A stretch of 32,272 bases of DNA. Origin: Octopus bimaculoides. Its lineage: Eukaryota. Where the stretch lies: NCBI RefSeq assembly GCF_001194135.2, contig NC_068987.1, forward strand, positions 34,014,207 to 34,046,478, read 5' to 3'. Shown here piece after piece: positions 12,644 to 22,764 of the stretch. The translations under genes were made by a program, and so were the position numbers. The notes beneath the pieces are model-generated. The model searched no databases. It saw nothing but the letters and a program-made list of their open reading frames with translations, and was not told the origin of the DNA. The first letter of the stretch is position 1. Every line of letters starts with the position of its first letter.

Positions 12644-12872
12644 AAGGCAGCGTGCTGGATGAATTTCTAACAGGCTGAACAAATGATTAGTGGCATTCTG
12701 TCCGCCTTTACATTTTGAGTTCAAATTCTTCTGAGGTCGAAATGCCGTTTATTTTTTCGGGACCGATAAATTAAGTATCAGTTGAGCACTTGGCTTGAAA
12801 TAATCGAATTAAAAGTTCCTCACACAAAACAAACAACGCCTTGTGCCTATAGTAGAATGCATTATTATTATT
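12644..12872 (+). mobile_element. tRNA-derived SINE, family 2, copy B (full length, diverged)
   Basis: B-box-like TGAGTTCAAATTC, central CGATAAATTAAGTATCAGTTGAGCAC, tail GCCTTGTGCCTATAGTAGAA plus (ATT)n; aligns by eye with copies A and C. Confidence 0.8.
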
Positions 12873-12887
12873 CTTTTAATTTATTTT

Positions 12888-13024
12888 AAGGCGTTGAGCT
12901 GGCAGAATCGTTAGCACGCTGGACAAAATGTATTTCACTCGGCGCTACGTTTTGAGTTCAAATTCTGCCGAGTTTGACTTTGACTTTCATCGTTTCGGAA
13001 TCGATAAATTAAGCACCAGTTGAG
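12888..13024 (+). mobile_element. tRNA-derived SINE, family 2, copy C (3' part degraded)
   Basis: AAGGCGTTGAGCTGGCAGAATCGTTAGCACGC head (A-box-like), GAGTTCAAATTCTGCCGAG (B-box-like), CGATAAATTAAGCACCAGTTGAG core. Confidence 0.85.
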
Positions 13025-13059
13025 TAATTATCGTAGCAAACATTCTGCGGTTAATAAAG

Positions 13060-13240
13060 AAATCATTATTATTTTATCATTATTATTATTATTCAGTATC
13101 TTCATGTTTATCACGTGCTTTCACTGCATTACCGAGCGCAGCTCTCTGTGCCTTGGGTATGTGCAGTGGTTTGTTGTTATGCTCATATTTTTACTGTATT
13201 GAAAGTGTTTCACCTAGGATGTGCGCGGTGCCTTACTATC
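13060..13240 (-). mobile_element. 5'-truncated R4/Dong-like 3' tip with (AAT)n tail
   Basis: Minus 13232-13191 encodes GTAHILGETLSIQ*, a typical R4/Dong ORF C-terminus (cf. NTNPILIKILSI* ending at 26643). It is followed by about 100 nt of 3' UTR and an (AAT)n tail at about 13092-13060. Confidence 0.7.
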
Positions 13241-13263
13241 AATATTATTATTATCATTATTAT

Positions 13264-13763
13264 TGAGTGAGAGAGTAGTGCATGCCATCAAAGTGACATT
13301 GGGGTAAAATATACGAAGCCCATTATACCCATCATGACTACCCATCTGATAAGAGTACACCAGGCGCATGATCTCACAGGTGGGGCCCAAGTTGGAATTT
13401 TCTTCAGGTCGGGTAGCCCATCCCGCTCAAAAGGTCCCTGAATAAGGTTTGTTTAAGGATGTTGAGCAAAACACCCATCTTTCCAAAGGTGAATTATTCA
13501 AACCCCAAAGAACTCCTCTCAACACATGGCTATGATGCTGCCCCACTACTTCTGCTCATGATCACATATACACATATCGTCAGCCACTAAAGACAGACGC
13601 AACTGGTTAAAGTCAAACACCTTACAAGCAAATCTGTGGGATTAAGTAGACTATTTGCTGTAGCCCATCTTTTATACCAAGACAAAACAATGTACATGAT
13701 AACACTTTCAATCAATTAAGATCAGAAGTCACGAGAGCCACTGCTTGGTACTGCATCCGGGCA
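13264..13763. mobile_element. 500-bp non-coding interspersed repeat bounded by (ATT)n on both sides
   Basis: Sharp boundaries against ATT tracts, higher GC than the flanks, no ORF. Recognised from memory as an abundant Octopus repeat; class undetermined. Confidence 0.6.
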
Positions 13764-13765
13764 TT

Positions 13766-14510
<745 letters not shown>

Positions 14511-14606
14511 ATCCTACAAGGTGGTGATTCACTAAACTTATCTATTTTGAAATTAGTGTAATTAGTTGTTAGAAATCGAAAGGCACACAATATCTTAAAC
14601 CAATGG

Positions 14607-14718
14607 TAAGTACTAGGCTTACAAAGAATAAGTCCTGGAGTCGATTTGTTGGACTAAAGGTGGTGCTCCAGCATGGCCGCAGTCAAATGGCTGAAACCAA
14701 TAAACCAATAAAAGAATA
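14607..14718 (+). mobile_element. 3' portion of tRNA-SINE family 1
   Basis: TAAGTACTAGGCTTACAAAGAATAAGTCCTGG...GGTGCTCCAGCATGGCCG...AAAAGAATA aligns with 15780-15887. Confidence 0.85.
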
Positions 14719-14849
14719 TATATATATATATATATGTTGTTGTACTTGGGGATGGTCATATTGCCAGTTTAGCCACTAAAAACACACGCACTGTATATTT
14801 GGTGTTAATTTGCTTCAGCTTTATATTATATTAATCTTAATCTTATTTC

Positions 14850-14894
14850 GGCCAGAGTTCTTTCGTCACACTTCTGTGACCTCATCAGTGGTCC
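14850..14894 (-). ncRNA. Minimal type I hammerhead ribozyme motif (left arm)
   Basis: Exact reverse complement of 15109-15153. Confidence 0.65.
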
Positions 14895-15108
14895 TTTGTT
14901 TCCTTCCTTCTTATGTGTGTCTCACCTTGCTAACTATCAGGCATTTTGTATTTTGTATTCCTAGGTCCTTCGTTTCCTTCCTTCTTATGTGTGTCTCACC
15001 TTCCTAACTATAAGTCATTTTGTATTTTGTATTCCTAAATAGGAATACAAAACACAAAATGGCTGATAGTTAGCAAGGTGAGACACACATAAGAAGGAAG
15101 GAAACAAA

Positions 15109-15153
15109 GGACCACTGATGAGGTCACAGAAGTGTGACGAAAGAACTCTGGCC
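15109..15153 (+). ncRNA. Minimal type I hammerhead ribozyme motif (right arm)
   Basis: GGACCA-CUGAUGA-G-GUCAC-AGAAGU-GUGAC-GAAA-G-AA-CUC-UGGCC. Stem I is GG(A)CCA/UGGCC, stem II is GUCAC/GUGAC, stem III is AG/CU. The core CUGAUGA, GAAA and the NUH triplet CUC are all intact. Predicted cleavage lies between 15148 and 15149. Confidence 0.65.
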
Positions 15154-15481
15154 GAAATAAGATTAAGATTAATATAATATAAAGCTGAAGCAAATTAACA
15201 CCAAATATACAGTGCGTGTGTTTTTATTGGCTAAACTGGCAATATGACCGTCCCCAAGTACAACAACATCTGTTTCAACACACGATTTCACATCAAAAAT
15301 CTTGCAAAACAAATATATATATATATATATATATATGTATACATATATACAAATATATGTACATATATGTATATATGTATGCGTGTGTGTATAAATATAT
15401 ATTCTTATTATATGTGTGTGTATTCATATTCTCCCATACGCACGTATACACATTTCCACCCACACATTTTATATTTATATA

Positions 15482-15887
15482 GGCGCAGTCGTGGATGTGT
15501 GTTAAGAAGCTTCCTTCCTAACCACATGTTTCGGTGTTCAGTCCCACTGCGTGGCACCATGGGCAAGTGTCTTGTCCTATTGTCCCGGACCGAACAAAAC
15601 CGTGTGAGTGGATTTGGTAGACGGAAGCTGAGAGAAGCCCGTCGTGTACATGTGTGTGTGTGTGAGTGAGTGTGTACGTGTGTGTGTGTGTATGTGTGTG
15701 TGTGTGTTTGTGCTTGACAACCGATGTTGGTGTATTGATGTCCCTGTACTTTAACGGCTCGACAAGAGAAACCGACGGAATATGTACTAGGCTTAAAAAG
15801 AATACGTCCTGGGATCGATTTGCTAGAATAAAGATGGTGCTCCAGCATGGCCGTTGTCAAATGACATGTAAAAGAATAAAAGAATAA
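15482..15887 (+). mobile_element. Full-length tRNA-derived SINE, family 1
   Basis: Head GGCGCAGTCGTGGATGTGTGTTAAG (A-box-like), GTTCAGTCCCAC (B-box-like), internal (GT)n, 3' GGTGCTCCAGCATGGCCG, tail (AAAAGAAT)2. Matches the recalled Octopus SINE consensus and the partial copy at 14607. Confidence 0.88.
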
Positions 15888-15934
15888 AGCAAATAGAAAT
15901 ACACATTTATATGTAATTATTCATTAGGTATAAG

Positions 15935-16100
15935 TACAGTAATGCCTCCATGTAAGAGTGAATTTGTTCCCGAAGACCGCTCGTAAAGGAAAAACTCGTA
16001 AAGCAGAGCAATAATTTCCCATAGTTGCAATGTTGTAAATCATAATTCGTTCCGAGAAAAATATTTACCTGTAACATTTATAGTACTCGCAAATAAATGG
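15935..16100 (+). mobile_element. pogo/Tigger-like transposon left end
   Basis: TA+CAGTAATGCCTC start, paired CTCGTAAA subterminal repeats, and TTTCCCATAG...AATTCGTTCC, as in Tigger-type ends. Right TIR not found. Confidence 0.45.
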
Positions 16101-17663
16101 TAATAAAACAATAATAGACACAAAAGAATAACTTATATAAAGTAAAAAGGATATCAAGACCATTCATAATAATAAAAAAAAAATATTGTTATTATTATCG
16201 TTTCCTTATTCACTTTCACTCGCACTAGACTCGCGCACACCATCACTTGTAGACGCGATCGCCGATTCACAAACACTCGTAGTTGGATTTTAAAAAAAAA
16301 ACAAGTCTTGAGGTGTTTGATTAGAAAGAGCATTTTTACGATGTCAATAAATTTCTCGGTAACACGCAAAAGCATTTGTTATGGTAGCAGAAATTTTGCT
16401 CTTCGTTCAAAATTTGGATCTTGTGCTTGAAAAATAAAACTTGTAAACCCGGAGGCTCGTAAAGTGGGTCATCGTGAAATGAGGTATTAATGTGCTTAAA
16501 TATACATACACGGATTTAGAGAGATATTTTAATATATACTTCAGGGTAGATGATAGAAGAAAATAGCTTACAGAAATTTCTGATGGGTTTAAAATTGCAG
16601 ATGTTAACAATATGAAAAACTATTTAAAATAAATCATCTCCGGTGCAGCTAATACTAAGAAACTAAAGAAGTAACCCCTTATAACACTTTGTAGGCATAA
16701 CATGTAACGACTATCATATCGGAGCTTGTCTTTAATATACTTAAGAAAAATACCTAATCGTAAATAATATAGTATTTTCAATCGGTTACTAGTGAAATGT
16801 TCATACACAAAGCCTAGCCTGTCAATCTTTTTCTACCGTAATATCTTAAAAATTAGTAAACACACTGAGTATATTGCATAAAATAGACAAAGGCCAAAGT
16901 CTGATTCACACTTATAATGTAGTAGAAGTCAAAATCTGATATAAATGACATTTCTCCCTGGAAAAAGCGTTAGAATAATGAAGAAAACAATTTAAATACC
17001 TATCGACAAAAGAAACTATAGAAATAAAGTGTTCTAACTCAGTATATGATAACACTAGCAATTCGACAAATTATGGAAATGAAGAAATTCCTAGTACAGA
17101 ACGAGGATTAAAGAATCTCACACAGCACGTTCCCATTTCGAAATTTCAAATGTCCAATGTTCAACAAAAATTTATTGGCTTTAACACTAACAACGTTAAA
17201 ACTAAAAAATAGAAATATTAACAACGAAAATATCCTGAATAAGAGCAGGAAAATATTGTTTTCCTAGGTTCTGTAGGACATGCTTGAAAAAACTCCCATA
17301 ACTGTAACATTAAATCAGCACTCCATTGTCTCTTTGAATGTAACGTACTTTACACATGCTATGTTACGAAACGAAGTCATAATACATATTATATCGGTTC
17401 CACATCAAAACTATTTAAGTGCAGCAACAATATGCATAGATAAACATTTAATAACAAAATTTGTGCAAGTGATTTTGCTAGCGGAAAATGTTCAAGTTTG
17501 AGGTTGAACTACAACGGGATATTATGGCTGTAGCACACACAGGTAATAAAAAAACATGTGGGTAGATTATGAGCGATGAGATTATCATAAACATCTTCGT
17601 AGATGTTACATTACTATGTCGATGAGTTAAGGGCATATTTTCTTGCTCACAGAATTTTCGGTA

Positions 17664-17673
17664 CACACACACG

Positions 17674-17714
<41 letters not shown>

Positions 17715-17736
17715 ACATACACACACACACACACCC
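17664..17736. repeat. (CA)n microsatellite abutting a gap
   Basis: Directly visible. Confidence 0.97.
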
Positions 17737-18386
17737 NNNNNNNNNNNNNNNNNNNNNNNNNNNNNNNNNNNNNNNNNNNNNNNNNNNNNNNNNNNNNNNN
17801 NNNNNNNNNNNNNNNNNNNNNNNNNNNNNNNNNNNNNNNNNNNNNNNNNNNNNNNNNNNNNNNNNNNNNNNNNNNNNNNNNNNNNNNNNNNNNNNNNNNN
17901 NNNNNNNNNNNNNNNNNNNNNNNNNNNNNNNNNNNNNNNNNNNNNNNNNNNNNNNNNNNNNNNNNNNNNNNNNNNNNNNNNNNNNNNNNNNNNNNNNNNN
18001 NNNNNNNNNNNNNNNNNNNNNNNNNNNNNNNNNNNNNNNNNNNNNNNNNNNNNNNNNNNNNNNNNNNNNNNNNNNNNNNNNNNNNNNNNNNNNNNNNNNN
18101 NNNNNNNNNNNNNNNNNNNNNNNNNNNNNNNNNNNNNNNNNNNNNNNNNNNNNNNNNNNNNNNNNNNNNNNNNNNNNNNNNNNNNNNNNNNNNNNNNNNN
18201 NNNNNNNNNNNNNNNNNNNNNNNNNNNNNNNNNNNNNNNNNNNNNNNNNNNNNNNNNNNNNNNNNNNNNNNNNNNNNNNNNNNNNNNNNNNNNNNNNNNN
18301 NNNNNNNNNNNNNNNNNNNNNNNNNNNNNNNNNNNNNNNNNNNNNNNNNNNNNNNNNNNNNNNNNNNNNNNNNNNNNNNNNNNNNN
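17737..18386. other. Assembly gap (N run)
   Basis: 650 N. Confidence 1.
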
Positions 18387-19015
18387 ATATATATATATAT
18401 ATATACATATATTAATTCGTAAATATAAGTGTATATGTGTGTCTACTGATGACGGTGCCGGCGAAGATTCATGGTAATTAGTTTCCTAACGTGAGAATAT
18501 ATACTGTATAGATAGCACGGTGTGATCTTTCAATACTAATTGCTATCGATACATCTTTTCCCGTTTTCATAGACAGATTGGTGATAGAAGTGATTCTTTA
18601 TCTACTATGATAACGATTATGTGCCTTCTATCTACTACTAATGTATGGACATTTTTAACCAACTTTAGTTCAGTCGTTGCGGAGGATACTATAAAAATCT
18701 GTGTTGATTACTATAAAACGTTTATGAGAATCATAGAAATCTCTGAAGGTGTGATAATCTGATTATAAAATTTCTCTTACGAAACACAATTTCATTTATT
18801 ATTAAAGAAGCGTAGGTATGAGAACTAAAAAGATTATGAAAATCTCTGTTACCTCCTGTGTGGGCCTCGACACGCTCTCTCCGCCTACCACGTTATGTTG
18901 TGGAGGCAGCGAATTTAAGCTTGAGATCCTACTGGTTTGATGAGCTTACTCTGCCAGACTGATTCGACATGGCTTCGTGGAAGGATGCAGTTTTTATACT
19001 TATACCCAGAAGTAG

Positions 19016-19175
19016 TTAAGTCCATTGCACCGACCCAGCTGCTCAATTTGTACTTAATGTATCCACTCAGAAATAATGAAAGACAATGTCAGCCTCGGAG
19101 TTATTAAAACTCACAACATTAGAACGGACGAAATTCGCCTTCCATGCTAATGATTGTGATACCACACCGGTGGCA
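19016..19175 (-). mobile_element. Old diverged SINE family 2 copy
   Basis: Reverse complement ...AATCATTAGCATGGAAGGCGAATTTCGTCCGTTCTAATGTTGTGAGTT...GATACATTAAGTACAAATTGAGCAGCTGGGTCGGTGCAATGGACTT aligns loosely with copies B and C. Confidence 0.6.
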
Positions 19176-19176
19176 C

Positions 19177-19178
<2 letters not shown>

Positions 19179-19243
<65 letters not shown>

Positions 19244-19510
19244 GCATATNNNNNNNNNNNNNNNNNNNNNNNNNNNNNNNNNNNNNNNNNNNNNNNNNNN
19301 NNNNNNNNNNNNNNNNNNNNNNNNNNNNNNNNNNNNNNNNNNNNNNNNNNNNNNNNNNNNNNNNNNNNNNNNNNNNNNNNNNNNNNNNNNNNNNNNNNNN
19401 NNNNNNNNNNNNNNNNNNNNNNNNNNNNNNNNNNNNNNNNNNNNNNNNNNNNNNNNNNNNNNNNNNNNNNNNNNNNNNNNNNNNNNNNNNNNNNNNNNNN
19501 NNNNNNNNNN

Positions 19511-19558
<48 letters not shown>

Positions 19559-19570
19559 GAGAGAGAGAGA
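19179..19570. repeat. (GT)n/(TA)n, assembly gap (19250-19510), then (TA)n/(GA)n
   Basis: Directly visible; 261 N inside. Confidence 0.97.
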
Positions 19571-20074
19571 ATGTATACCGGAAACATACGTGTGATAGGC
19601 TACACAACCCCGTCCAATTGTTGAACTATCGAAGATCAAGTAGTCAACGCATAACACTTGTATTCGTCAAATGATATATATCGCTTTTTCAATTGAGTAC
19701 TTGTTGTCTGATCCAACCGACCAATAATTGAGCAGTATATTGGCAGTTTCCACAAGAGAACTCAATGTTTGCGTGTTTCGTTGTTTAGTATTTAGGAAAG
19801 TGTGTATGTATATATATATATATATAATTATATATATTATTGTGTATTGGTAGAGTTTATACGCCTATAATAATAACAGACGCGCTGCTTCATTATTACT
19901 TTTTTATTGTTAGTCAATTGGTTAAATATCTAACCAACCAAGTAATCGATCGTTTGTTCAGTGCGTTGGTTAAGCAACCAATCGGGCGTTTGCTCTTCCG
20001 TTGCTATTCGCAACGTCATCAATGATCTAGCCTCTGTATACAAGATGTGACTTGAGTCTGTTTGTATACACACG

Positions 20075-20110
<36 letters not shown>

Positions 20111-20229
20111 TGCGCAAGTGCACACATTAACGCGAAGAAATAATACACTAACATATAAACCATAAAGGGTTCCAGTGTCCTTTACAGGTAATTAGGTAAA
20201 TGTCATTGAGGTACTGGAATAGTCTTTTG

Positions 20230-20974
20230 TACATTGTTCGGTCTCAATTTGACAATTTTACAGGTTGTCTTTTTCACGAGCATTAGTATTGAGGAATAGT
20301 CAATGGCGTTGGAGAGAATAACGATTAAAGTTGTATCTGAGAAACTCTCAAATGACATAGATGGCTAGAAATGATCTAACTATTGGAAAAAAAGTGTTGC
20401 TGTAATCATGATGCTTCGCGCCGGTTATCAAAATGCCGACATCATGACTGCTGTTCAATGATCTGTTAATATTGTAAAGCGTGTAAGACGTCACATGGAC
20501 AGTTGCAATAGAGACAATAAAGAAGTGGCCGGAAGGAAGGGACGCATCGGATGTTCTGAATGCGTCTGCACGCCCCGCGTCTTTCAGCAGTGTCCTATAC
20601 TCAATCTAGACTACTATGCGAAGCTGCTGAAAAGTGTCTGAAGTGGTTATAGGAAAATTTCTACGTCTTCACCAGTCCCAATTTCTAGCATTCCAATTAA
20701 CATGTCTGGATCGCGATTGAGCAACAAACCAACACCAACGCGGATCAGTGTCCAAGATCAAGGATGTGTTCTCATGGACACAGAGAAGAATGCATGTTCT
20801 AGGTTCTGGGGCTGCTTTGAGATCGTGTTGGTATCTGAAGGGGGCAACTTTCAGTAAACTGTTATCACTTAGTTGATACATATTTATTATTGAAAATCCT
20901 AATAATTTTGGATAGGGTATTGTCTTTTATTTTCCTTTTAGCCAAACTGTCAAATTTACCTGGAACATCCTGTA
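20230..20974 (+). mobile_element. Internally deleted Tc1/mariner (maT/DD37D-like) element
   Basis: N-terminal AVIMMLRAGYQNADIMTAVQ*SVNIVKRVRRHMD...CTP (about 20399-20575) is fused to C-terminal DYYAKLLK, KWL*ENF...SPNF, VWIAIEQQTN and KNACSRFWGCFEIVLVSEGGNFQ*. Degenerate TIRs lie at about 20230-20259 and 20944-20974 (TGTTC..G..AATTTGACA.TTT), both ending in TA. Confidence 0.7.
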
Positions 20975-21649
20975 TTTTTGCTCTATTGTATTGCATACAG
21001 TTTCTATAAATTTACGCAATATTATTTGTAATTAACTGATATAAACAATATAACTTGTATAGAATATACAGAAAGAGCTATCGTAATGAAAGATGCATCA
21101 TTCGGTTATTTTAAATCATATGCGTGGATTTAAATAAGTCACAAAATCCCTAACTCCGTATAATGCATTATTATTGAGAACAGAAATAAAGCTGTTGTTT
21201 CGCTTTGCTTATATAATACGTTGTTTGCAGCATCTTCATTTTAATAAATGACTGTTGCATTAACAGTATCTTTTCTACATATTATGCATTGTCAACAAAA
21301 TTTTGTAGTCAGTGAGGTGTATAACAGGCAGACAGAAATACGTTGCTTTTACAGAACATAGCATCGAAGGGACTTGACTAATGCATACAATTTTGGTTAA
21401 TATGAAATCTATAGTCATATTATGGAAATCAAGGAAACATATATACTTCATGACATATATAAGAAATCGGTGCATTTGAATTAGTGATACAATCTATCGA
21501 GCACGTACTGCCCAATTCCCATGGGGAGTACCTGATCCGAAACCAAATCGACAGAAAATGACATTTGTTCCAGAGGCGAAACAGCCAAATCGAACTCAGA
21601 TTCTACGCCTATGAAGCATATTCTTAGTAATTCGGCGATCCTAGCACAG

Positions 21650-21718
21650 ACACACACGTCCACCGCAGACACAGACACACACGTCCACCGCAGACGCAGA
21701 CACACAGACACACACACA

Positions 21719-21766
<48 letters not shown>

Positions 21767-21772
21767 CACACA
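21650..21772. repeat. (CA)n with (CAGACA) and GTCCACCGCAGAC duplicated units
   Basis: Directly visible; ACACACACGTCCACCGCAGAC occurs twice. Confidence 0.9.
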
Positions 21773-22764
21773 AGAACTTCTATACCTATATGCAAATTTA
21801 CATTTGTGATAATGAACGGAATCTTAGAAGATAGAAAGAACAATACATTCAACAATCAAATTTGAAACCGCGTCATTATTTCGATCTTTAATTTATCATT
21901 CAAGTGAAATAATAAATATAAACTATTTGTAAGCACACAATAACATAGCATAGTTCTGGATATGTCTTTATCTAAACACATAGTACATTGCTGCCGAGAT
22001 TGTTATGAAAATTCATATATCTTGACTTAAATATTACCAGTTTAAAATTAACAATATGTGATACGGTTTCTATCCTCGGGCTATTTTCTTCCACAACCAA
22101 AGTAGTTGGTTGGTTTCCTTGCTTTCTAAATTATTCGGGTGTGATTAATATTTTGTGCGTTTACTTATATACCGGCGTGGTTGCTTCTCTATCTGTTTCT
22201 ATTCAGATTAGTTTAAATTGGAAATGAAAATAAAATATATAAAAATATGACTTAAAATATAGAAGCAATAACTTAAAAATAAAATGCCGTCGTGATTCGA
22301 TTTAATTCTAAACGTTTGAAATTTAAATTGAAGAATAAATGTAAAACAGATATATGCTATTTTAATGTAAAATGAAAATAAAGAAATAGGCAAAAAACAA
22401 CAACAAAAAAATACAAACGCAAACCTAATTGAAAACCATTAGATGATAATATTAATAAAATACGCTATACCATCTGTCCGTCTTTTATTTAATTTCTTTG
22501 TGTATGTCTGTATATGTATGTTCGTGTGTGTGTGTGTGGGTGTGAGTGGGTGTGTGAGAGAGAGAGTCTGTATCTGCGTTTGTGTGTGTTATTTTATAGG
22601 TGCGTGTGTGATTGGGTGGGTATGTGTACAGCAAAAGCGTACCCGTATATAAGCTATTATATATGAATTTTATACATACTTTTATGCGAGCATTTATTGT
22701 TCCACTACAACTAATTGTATATAAATGTAGACATACACATACATGCACATACAGACACACACAC

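Larger units (their letters stand above)
14734..15269. repeat. Long inverted repeat: 230-bp arms (14734-14963 and 15040-15269) with a 74-bp internal duplication
   Basis: Arms are reverse complements with 4 mismatches by manual alignment. 14964-15037 is a tandem copy of 14890-14963 (4 differences). The centre reads ATTCCTA-AA-TAGGAAT. Confidence 0.97.

Noticed and set aside
12456-13024. Repeat-spacer-like arrangement suggesting a CRISPR array
   Set aside because: Eukaryotic context; the units are SINE copies, not constant repeats with unique spacers.
14734-15269. Interpretation as a miRNA hairpin or simple MITE
   Set aside because: The arms are far longer than a pre-miRNA, and no clear TSD or known TIR motif is seen (the left flank is TA repeat). 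The hammerhead fold fits a retroelement terminal repeat better, though a MITE is not fully excluded.
18446-18470. CTGATGA followed by CGGTGCCG, a hammerhead-like start
   Set aside because: No GAAA or NUH in register and no stem I or III.
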